This document shows, piece by piece, positions 56,628 through 64,000 of a stretch of DNA of 64,000 nucleotides. The DNA comes from an uncultured delta proteobacterium. GTDB taxonomy: Bacteria; Myxococcota_A; Polyangia; Polyangiales; Houyiibacteriaceae. Within the stretch, counting starts at the first letter, position 1. Each line of letters starts with the position of its first letter. A model generated the notes under the pieces. It was not told the origin of the DNA. It saw only the letters and a list, made by a program, of their open reading frames with translations, and searched no databases. The stretch covers positions 1 through 64,000 of the forward strand of contig CAVOVB010000001.1 in the NCBI GenBank assembly GCA_963699755.1. The letters are read 5' to 3'. A program made the position numbers and the translations under genes.

Positions 56628-58181
56628 CTACACGAAGCGGTCTCCGCTGAGCTGCCCGTAGAGGTTTGATCCAGTCCAGATCGTCCCTGCGAAGCCTGCA
56701 TAGCCCGAGCTCGCGTTGCAAAAGTAGAGCCCCGGCACCGAGCTCTTCCAACTCAGCCGCGACGCGCCCATGTTCGCGGGCGTCATGTTCGAGCCATAGG
56801 CGTGGCCCCGAGGGCTGTTGACGTATCGCTCGTTGGTCGTGGGGCTCCCGAGCATCTTGAACACGATGTGCTCGCGAAGCTTCGGCACGTAGTCGCGCTC
56901 GACCACGTTTAGGATCGCGTCGAAGATGTTTCGTTTCGCGCGGTTGTACTGCTTCCGATTCGAGAAATGGAGGTTCTTGAAGCGTTCGTAGCTCGCCACG
57001 GTGAGAAACTCGATGATCTGCTTCCCGGCCGGACAGTCGGAGCGATCCTCGGTGAGCAGGGTCGGCACCGTGACCGCGAAGCTCGGTTTGGAGTAGTCCC
57101 CGCGCTCGAGCATCGCGTCGAAGGCGACGTTCAGATCGGGCTCGTCGGTATGGAACAGGTTCGAGCGGCCGAAGCCATGGTCTCGCAGGTCGAGGCCCTC
57201 GACCACGCAGTAGGCCATGAAGCTCGAAGCCGAGTACTCGTACTGGAGCTGATGACGGACGCGCATCGAGAATCGCCCGAGGCCCATCATCTCGGCGACC
57301 CGTCGTGGATCCATGTTTGTGACGACCTCGGCCCCGTGGAGCTCGTGGACCGGCCCGGTTGCGACGCCGTCGTCGTCGACCTCCTCGGCAATCACCCCGC
57401 TGACCCGATCCCCATCGAACAAGAAGCCGGTCACCCGTTGCCTGAGCCGCACCTCCCCACCCTGCTCTCGGATCGTCCGGACCAGGGTCTCGATCACGTG
57501 CTCGAAGTGGTGGGTTGGGTAGTAGGCGCCGCTCATGTAGCCGGTGAACAGTGCCACCCAGGCGAAGAAAGAGAGCTTGTTCGGTGGGAGCAAGAAGTCG
57601 GGCCACTGCAGCGCAAGCAGAGTCTGCGCCTCGAGCGGGAGTTTGAAGCTGTCGAACACATCCTGGACTGTGGCGTTGCGGTGCCGGATGACCCGACGAA
57701 AGCGATGAAGCCGTGGGATCATCCGAAGCGCACGGGGCGTGGGGGGGAGCGCATCGAGCTCGCGCTCGAGCTGCCTCACCTCTTGCAGGAAGGCGTGGCA
57801 GCGATCGGCGTGCCCCGGAAACAAGGCGGCGAGGCGGGAGCTCAAGATGTCCCAGTCGTTCGGGATGTCCAGCGCAAGCCCGGGCATGCGCATGCGATCG
57901 AAGCCCGTGCTGTCGAGGCGTTCGAAGGTGACCTCATCCTCGAGCTCGAGCTTGCGCAGAAAGCGGCCGACCGTCTCGTCTGGACCGCAGTTCCAGACGT
58001 AATGGAGCTGCGCGTTGAAGCGGTACTCGTCGGGGGCGTCACCGAAGCTGAAGGTGTGACCGTAGCCGCCGGGCGCGTAATGGGCCTCGAGCACGGTCAC
58101 TCGCTTGCCCGCTCGGGCCATGAGCGCCGCAAAGGCCAGCGCAGACAGCCCAGTTCCGACGATCAGGTAGTCCGGCTTCAT
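56628..58181 (-). CDS. phytoene desaturase-like FAD oxidoreductase
   Basis: DYLIVGTG..AL, LEAH..PGGY, SP.T.ERY...P.G..YG, PGLYF; ATG 58181. Confidence 0.85.
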   Translation of the reverse strand: MKPDYLIVGTGLSALAFAALMARAGKRVTVLEAHYAPGGYGHTFSFGDAPDEYRFNAQLHYVWNCGPDETVGRFLRKLELEDEVTFERLDSTGFDRMRMPGLALDIPNDWDILSSRLAALFPGHADRCHAFLQEVRQLERELDALPPTPRALRMIPRLHRFRRVIRHRNATVQDVFDSFKLPLEAQTLLALQWPDFLLPPNKLSFFAWVALFTGYMSGAYYPTHHFEHVIETLVRTIREQGGEVRLRQRVTGFLFDGDRVSGVIAEEVDDDGVATGPVHELHGAEVVTNMDPRRVAEMMGLGRFSMRVRHQLQYEYSASSFMAYCVVEGLDLRDHGFGRSNLFHTDEPDLNVAFDAMLERGDYSKPSFAVTVPTLLTEDRSDCPAGKQIIEFLTVASYERFKNLHFSNRKQYNRAKRNIFDAILNVVERDYVPKLREHIVFKMLGSPTTNERYVNSPRGHAYGSNMTPANMGASRLSWKSSVPGLYFCNASSGYAGFAGTIWTGSNLYGQLSGDRFV

Positions 58182-58692
58182 CCCATCGCCCAACCTGACC
58201 GGCCTCCGGATGCATGTCGAACGCGCGCAGGGTGCGGATCGTGCCGCACGCGCGGCCATGACCCCGAGGCGCTCGGGCGAGTCGCGCCCGGGGAGGAAGG
58301 GCTTGCCAGCTCCTCGACGGTGAACGAGCTGAGCGGATTTGGCACTAAAGGCTGAATTTGTTAGCCTGACGGAGGGTTCTTTTTTGATGGGAGGGGCTAT
58401 GTGGGACGATAAGACTTCGTCGTCGGTTTACGTCGAGCTCACGGGGTATTCGGTGCGTGCATCCGTGGAGGACAGCCGTCGAGAAACGCGGGAGATGTTC
58501 GAGGGGCTGAGCGTTGCCGAACGCGACGCGCTCGCCTTCGACGCCTGGACGACCGGGCTTCGCGCGGTCTCGAGCGCCCGCCGGCCGTCCCGTGAGCCGG
58601 GGTTTCAACGGGTCAGCAATGCCGTGAAGCCGCCGCGCGAGTCGGCTCGCTTGAGCACCATTCCGCCATCGTCCTGGTAGGGGGCGCGGGGC

Positions 58693-59409
58693 TCAGCGCT
58701 GCGAGAGCTCGCCGGAAACCGCACGCGCGCGTAGCAGCGTCAGGAATAGCGCGGCCGATATGCCGGATGCGCCGAAGACCATGCACATGACCATGACCTG
58801 GTAGCGGACCGCGACCAGCGGCGAGACGCCCGAGAGGATCTGGCCGGTCATGAGGCCGGGGAGTGAAACGAGGCCGACGGCGAACAAGGTATTCACGATG
58901 GGAATGAGGCCGGCCTGCATGCCGATCCGTCTTGCATCGACATAGGGGACGCCGCGGCGGAGCTCGGCGGTGATGCGTTCGGCGGCGAGGCTGACGGCAT
59001 TCATGGAGGCGGCGAAAATCATGCCGGCGAGCGGGACCATGAAGCTTGGCTGGTACCAAGGCTCCAGGGTGAGAACCGCTTGGGTGATGAGCGCGACGGT
59101 GAGGCCGCCGCCGATGAGGATGGACAACAGAGCGTAACCGTAGAGCCTAGGCCGGAGCTGGGGCACGGTGCGGAGCGCAATCCAACTTGCGGCAACGACC
59201 ATGACCGACATGACGGCGAGGACGATCCAGGGAACGTCGGCTTCGAAGATGTAGACCAGCACGTAACCGACGAGGAGGAGCTGGATGAGCATGCGCGCGA
59301 GGGCGGCCAAGCTGTGTCGGGCCCCGACGGACCAGCGCCAGAGGATGAACACCACGAAGAGCGCGGGGATGGCGGCCAAGGCGAGGTTGAAGACAGGAAT
59401 GGTTTGCAT
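58693..59409 (-). CDS. UPF0014 (FetB/YbbM-like) ABC permease
   Basis: RM.IQL..VGY.L, P...PLAGMI..SMN, VG.VSLPG.MTGQIL.G..P..AVRYQ. Confidence 0.9.
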   Translation of the reverse strand: MQTIPVFNLALAAIPALFVVFILWRWSVGARHSLAALARMLIQLLLVGYVLVYIFEADVPWIVLAVMSVMVVAASWIALRTVPQLRPRLYGYALLSILIGGGLTVALITQAVLTLEPWYQPSFMVPLAGMIFAASMNAVSLAAERITAELRRGVPYVDARRIGMQAGLIPIVNTLFAVGLVSLPGLMTGQILSGVSPLVAVRYQVMVMCMVFGASGISAALFLTLLRARAVSGELSQR

Positions 59410-59662
59410 GGCTAGCCTCCGCTTTGCTCGACGAGGTGGCCGATGTAGGCGCGCACGCAGAGCTGGCACCGAACAAAGATGGTTTCGGTTCTGGTGCCGG
59501 CTTTGCTTTGGGCGGGGCTTCGGAAACGCCAGCGTTGCTCGTGGCGGAAGTTGGTGTCGACGACCCGAACGAAGGCTTCCATGGCGACGAGGCGGTCTAT
59601 TGTTCGCGTAACATAGACACTGATTGCATGATCTAGCTAGTTGTTTGTGAAACGGACGCGCG

Positions 59663-61144
59663 CTAGCGGCTTCTGGAGGCAAGGCCCTGCAGGAGCGCGA
59701 AGAGGTGCAGCATTACGGCGGTGTCGTGCTCGCAATAGGCTTCGAGCTGGCTTCGTAGCGCGTCGCGCTCGCCTGCCTTGAGCTCTTCTGGGCGACAGAG
59801 CAGCGCCTCCAGCAGCGCTGATGCTCTCTGTCCGCCGCTTACGTCGAGCTTGTCGTAGGCCATCTCGGGGAGGAGGGCCGCGACGACGTTCTTGATGCTG
59901 AAGCTTCCGCGGAAGGCGGGGTGGTAGAGGTGGTTTTTGACGACGAGGAGGAGATCTTGGGTTTTGTCGCGTGCTTCGAGTAAGGCCGGGGCGTGTTCGG
60001 GGGAAGCTTCTGCAAGGGCAGCCAGGCAGCGCTTCTCGACGCTGGCGTGCCAGGCGAGAACCGTTTCGGCGCCGTCCAAGGCCGTGACGAGTGCTTGGGC
60101 CAACTGGGGGCGCGGGTCGCCCTGCCCTCGAGCAAGAGATGCGCTGTGGGAAACGTCGCCGCTCGCCTCGATGGTGTGCACGCTGAACTGAACAGGGACC
60201 GCGCCGAAAGGGCTACAGCCGTTCCAGACGGGCAACGCTGGGGCGACCGTTTCAAAGTCGAGCATGGCGATGGGGTAGCGGTAGGCGAGTGCGTCCTCGA
60301 GGCCCGGTGCGACGATGAGCTCGTTTGCGAGGAGCGCCGCCCGATGGCGCGCCCAGAGCGGCTTGAGCGGGAAATCACTTGGGATTTGGTCGACGGTTTC
60401 CGCACCGGCGTCACGGAGCGCGTCGAGCGCATCGGCCTGGATGCCGTTGAGGTCTTCGATGCCATGGTCGAGCGCGGGCGCTGCGCATCGGGCCAAGAAG
60501 GGGCACTCGTAGGGCGAGATGCACTGGGGGCCGGTGGAGACGTCGGGGAGCGGGCCTGCGAGCATTCGGAGCTGCGCGCTCGCTTCGGCGGGGATGCTCT
60601 TTCTGAGCTCAGTGACTTCGGCGCTGATGTCTGCCCTGATGAAGAGGGGGCCCTGGTCGGGGTGGCGGTGCGCGCGGTTGAGGTGCATGAGCTCGACGCG
60701 CGCGACTCGGAGGCCGGCTCGTTCGACGACGTGCGCTTGCACGGCTGCGTCCGGGACGTGCTGCGGCTTGACCCGGCTGGTGGCTTTGACCTCGGTGAGC
60801 ACCCAGCCGTCGCCCTCTCTGCTGAGCGCGTCGACGGCGACGAAGATCTCGTCTTCGAAGAAGCTTGCTTCGAGGATGGCACGGGCGCCGGCGTCGATGG
60901 CCTCGCGGGTGGGCTTGACGGAGGCGAGCGGGTGGCGGTAGTCGAAGTCGATGAGGACGGCGTTTGGGAACTCTTGGCGTGCGCGCGCGCCGACGCGCTT
61001 GCCCATGTCGAAGACGGCTTGAAGGGCGGCGTCGGGCTGGAGCTCGGGGGCGTGCGGCTCGTGCACGCGCCACCAGAGTTGGCGCTGACATTGAAGGCCG
61101 GCGATGAAGCGCGATTTGGAGAGGCGGTGGGGGCTCGGCGCCAT
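59663..61144 (-). CDS. DUF2779 domain protein (Cas4/PD-(D/E)xK-like N-terminus, RNase H-like C-terminus)
   Basis: LSKSRF..GLQC...W, EVKAT, C..PY.CPF...C, LDFET, P.QFS.H, GS.SIK.V, YC..DT. Confidence 0.85.
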   Translation of the reverse strand: MAPSPHRLSKSRFIAGLQCQRQLWWRVHEPHAPELQPDAALQAVFDMGKRVGARARQEFPNAVLIDFDYRHPLASVKPTREAIDAGARAILEASFFEDEIFVAVDALSREGDGWVLTEVKATSRVKPQHVPDAAVQAHVVERAGLRVARVELMHLNRAHRHPDQGPLFIRADISAEVTELRKSIPAEASAQLRMLAGPLPDVSTGPQCISPYECPFLARCAAPALDHGIEDLNGIQADALDALRDAGAETVDQIPSDFPLKPLWARHRAALLANELIVAPGLEDALAYRYPIAMLDFETVAPALPVWNGCSPFGAVPVQFSVHTIEASGDVSHSASLARGQGDPRPQLAQALVTALDGAETVLAWHASVEKRCLAALAEASPEHAPALLEARDKTQDLLLVVKNHLYHPAFRGSFSIKNVVAALLPEMAYDKLDVSGGQRASALLEALLCRPEELKAGERDALRSQLEAYCEHDTAVMLHLFALLQGLASRSR

Positions 61145-61936
61145 TTACTTGCTCGCGGTCGCGATGAGCGCCGGGTGAGCGAATCGCACGGAGCCATCCG
61201 CGGTCACGAATCGCCTCAGCTCGTGCTCTGCTTCTGCGACCAGCGATTCATACTGCTGGTCGTCGAGCTTGTCGGCCAAGGTCCACCCGCGAACATCGGC
61301 GTGAATCCACGAGCGAATCGAGGGGAAGCTGGCTTCGCCTTGCACGCGTCGAACCTTGGGGTCGGCGACGCCGGCGCCCGCAAGGAGAGAGCCCAACGCG
61401 CCCGGATCGCCCAGTGAGTAAGGCGCTCGCAACAAGACCGCGAAGTCTTCGCCGAAGAGCCGAGCCAGGAGAGAGGTGATCGCTAGGTATCCGGGCGTGT
61501 TCTCGAGGGAATCCCAGACCGCAATGGCGAGACGGCCTCCGGGGCGAGTGACGCGCCACATCTCCGCAATCGCCCCCTGCTTGTCTTGGAAGAACATCAA
61601 ACCGAATTGACTGATGGCCGCATCGAAGCACTCCGCGTCGAACGGCAGTGCCTCCGCCGAGGCTCGTTGCCAATCGATTTGGGGTGCCTTGCGTCGAGCC
61701 ACCGCCAGCATACCCGGGTTGAGGTCGACGCCGGCAACCATCCCGCCGGGAGACGTCGCCCTGGCCGCTTCGAGCGTCAACACACCCGTCCCGCACGCTA
61801 CATCGACGACGCGCTGTCCCGCTTGGAGCCGAGCGGCCGAGACCACCCGTGGCGCCCATGCGCCAAAAAGCGCGGGCAGAAAGAACTGGTCATAGACCTC
61901 CGCGGCGCTCGAAATGACTTGCCCTGCGTCATTCAT
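61145..61936 (-). CDS. class I SAM-dependent methyltransferase
   Basis: VDVACGTG, VDLNPGML, AEALPF....FD....QFGLMFF. Confidence 0.9.
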   Translation of the reverse strand: MNDAGQVISSAAEVYDQFFLPALFGAWAPRVVSAARLQAGQRVVDVACGTGVLTLEAARATSPGGMVAGVDLNPGMLAVARRKAPQIDWQRASAEALPFDAECFDAAISQFGLMFFQDKQGAIAEMWRVTRPGGRLAIAVWDSLENTPGYLAITSLLARLFGEDFAVLLRAPYSLGDPGALGSLLAGAGVADPKVRRVQGEASFPSIRSWIHADVRGWTLADKLDDQQYESLVAEAEHELRRFVTADGSVRFAHPALIATASK

Positions 61937-62025
61937 GTGTCCGGCTCCGTTGAGACGAGACTAAGGTGTGCAGCAAGAAAATGCACGGACGCGAGTCGTC
62001 GTCGCGGACTCACGGCGAATCAAGC

Positions 62026-62640
62026 TCAGAGCCAGTCGATTTCGGCGGCGGTGAAGCCGTCCGATTTGAGGAGCATGTAGCGGTAGCGGTAAATCTCGTC
62101 GCCGCGTTTCCAATCCGCATTGGCCTCATTGATGCGCCGGATGGTTCGGTTTTTCCGCTCTTTGAGCGGTTTGCCCCGGCATTGGTCGTTGTGCGCATGG
62201 GTGACGTTTGCGCCTTGGAGCCAGGTCTTCACGAGCTTGAAAGATTTGGTGCCGCGCTGGACCGGTGTCACGTCCGAGACTCGGTGCGAGATTTTCTCGA
62301 TGGAGAAGAGGCGTATGAAGTACGTGCGGCCGGCCACGAGGTCGGCGTCGACCCGGTGGTTGTTATAGCCCGAGATGTAGAGCGTTTGCTTCCCGGGTCT
62401 CATGGGGATGACTTCGGCCTGACGGCCGCCCACCTCGGCGATGCATTGCCTGTCCTCGTCGAAAACCAGGTAGCTCATCGTCCGGTCCTCGCGAAGGTTC
62501 TGGATGAAGACGAGGAGCGCTTCGGATTGGGGCGCAACGAAGGCAGACCTGTCGTACGCGGCGGCCGGACGCGGGCTCAGTCCGGAGCTGAGCGCGGCCA
62601 GCAGGAGCGCAAGCCACGAGACCTTGTGCTTATGTTTCAC
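62026..62640 (-). CDS. hypothetical exported protein
   Basis: Signal peptide ending PAAA; PG...Y and L.AGRTYF motifs. Confidence 0.65.
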   Translation of the reverse strand: MKHKHKVSWLALLLAALSSGLSPRPAAAYDRSAFVAPQSEALLVFIQNLREDRTMSYLVFDEDRQCIAEVGGRQAEVIPMRPGKQTLYISGYNNHRVDADLVAGRTYFIRLFSIEKISHRVSDVTPVQRGTKSFKLVKTWLQGANVTHAHNDQCRGKPLKERKNRTIRRINEANADWKRGDEIYRYRYMLLKSDGFTAAEIDWL

Positions 62641-62859
62641 TTCGTGCTCTTGTTAGGGCGCAATATCGGAGTGGCAGGTGACGTTGGTGCAACGCGTTTT
62701 GGTGCATGCGCCATCGGTGGCATCGACGCAAATTTCGACTGGGTTGGGCCGGTCACAGATCTAGGTCGCGTTTTGGCCGACGACGCTCCCGCCCCATCCA
62801 CACGAAGCAAGCGCAATCAAGCCGAGAAGTCTCATCGCCTCCCCTTGTAACCGCATTCG

Positions 62860-63627
62860 CTATCCGTAGTCGACGATAACCGGCGCATGGTCTGAGAAAC
62901 GCGGTTCGCGGGCAATCGATGCGCCGCGGACGCACTCGCCGATGCCGGGCGTGACGACCTGGTAGTCGAGTCGCCAGCCGATGTTGCGTTCGCGGGTCGT
63001 CGGGTGGCGAAGGGACCACCAGCTGTACTGACCGGCCTCGGCGTTGACTTGCCGAAACGCGTCGACGAAACCAATGGGCCCGAACACCTGGTCGAGCCAG
63101 GCGCGCTCTTCGGGCAGGAAGCCGGAGCTCTTCTGGTTGGCTTTGTGGTTCGCGAGGTCGATTTCCCTGTGCGCGACGTTCCAGTCGCCGCACAGGATGC
63201 AATGGCGGCCGCTCGCCGAGAGGTCGGCAAGGTGTGCGGAGAAGGCCTCGATGAATCGGAACTTGGCCGCCAGCCGCACTTCGCCGCTGGTGCCCGCCGG
63301 CACGTACACCGACGCCACGCTCACATCGCCGAAGCGGGCCTCGATGTAGCGCCCCTCCGGATCGAACTCGGCGGAGCCAAAGCCATAAATCACCTCGTCG
63401 GGCTCAACGCGCGTGAAGAGCGCCACGCCGCTGTGCCCTTTTCGCTGGCCCGGTTCGTAAAAGCCTCGGTACCCGACAGGCGCCAGCTCGGCCTCGGACA
63501 GTTGCTCAGGCCGCGCCTTGATTTCCTGGATGCAGACGAAGTCCGCGTCCTGCTCGACCAGCCAGTCGTAAAGACCTTTGCGCACTGCCGCGCGAAGGCC
63601 GTTGACGTTGAGGGTGAGGACCCGCAT
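62860..63627 (-). CDS. xth: exodeoxyribonuclease III
   Basis: NVNGLRA, QEIKA, EGR, GDWNVAH, SGFLPEER, YSWWS, GWRLDY, SDHAP. Confidence 0.95.
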   Translation of the reverse strand: MRVLTLNVNGLRAAVRKGLYDWLVEQDADFVCIQEIKARPEQLSEAELAPVGYRGFYEPGQRKGHSGVALFTRVEPDEVIYGFGSAEFDPEGRYIEARFGDVSVASVYVPAGTSGEVRLAAKFRFIEAFSAHLADLSASGRHCILCGDWNVAHREIDLANHKANQKSSGFLPEERAWLDQVFGPIGFVDAFRQVNAEAGQYSWWSLRHPTTRERNIGWRLDYQVVTPGIGECVRGASIAREPRFSDHAPVIVDYG

Positions 63628-64000
63628 CGAAGCGGCGCAACGCTAGCACAGATCCGAGGCCGCAGACCCGCGCCTACTTGCAGTCCTTGCCCTTGGGCGT
63701 CGGACCTTCCTGGCAGTGCCCGTCTTTGTCTTTGTCCTTATCTTTGTCCTTGCCGGAGTCGGAGTCTCCATGATCATCGTCACAGTCGCAGCGGCTGCCA
63801 GTGCGCACAGCGAGCGTACCCAATTGGAACTACGATGACCCTGCCGAATCGCCTCGGGGCAGCGAGCCGGCTCGTCCAATGTAAGCCGCCTCATATGCTG
63901 CGCGTGCAATCCTACGGGGGTACTGCTCTACCGAGCTTCAGCACCTCCGCGATCAGCTCCGCGGTGAGCGCGTTGCGTTCCGCAATCGTCCAGAAATTCT

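Noticed and set aside
59663..61144. DUF2779 gene as a Cas4 indicating CRISPR
   Set aside because: No array or other cas genes; DUF2779 proteins commonly stand alone
59839..61417. Long alternative-frame and antisense ORFs here and throughout the window
   Set aside because: Typical shadow ORFs of high-GC coding DNA with no recognisable motifs
63715..63755. Short GACAAA/GACAAG tandem repeat (DKDKDK)
   Set aside because: Low-complexity tract in a small unassignable ORF; no support for function

Overview
GC-rich window, probably from a Myxococcota-like genome: a secreted protein ends in a MYXO-CTERM-type tail and there are Cys-rich surface proteins. The left half (~2.5-35 kb) is a dense, mostly minus-strand anti-phage defence island. 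In transcription order it holds a 1766-aa SF1 helicase/Vsr-like nuclease, McrB-McrC, a PUA-like/HNH nuclease and a complete class-1 DISARM set in the permuted order drmA-drmB-drmC-drmD-drmMI. About 16 nt after drmMI comes an intact YADD reverse transcriptase with a helical C-terminal region and no room for an upstream ncRNA. Between 23.3 and 34.1 kb the island is punctuated by at least seven diverged, internally deleted copies of the 3' part of one UvrD/NERD-type helicase gene, for which no intact copy is present. These copies separate cargo genes (large helicase, membrane protein, several toxin-antitoxin modules, a DUF1016-thermonuclease fusion), and many toxin/nuclease cargoes appear to carry internal deletions. 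The layout resembles an integrase-free cassette array. The right half (35-64 kb) is ordinary metabolic/envelope content (desaturase, Crp/Fnr, thioesterase, patatin, ABC-2 transporter, alkB-AraC, FG-GAP lipoprotein, oxidoreductases, DUF2779, xth). All family assignments come from motif recognition by eye; no database searches were run.
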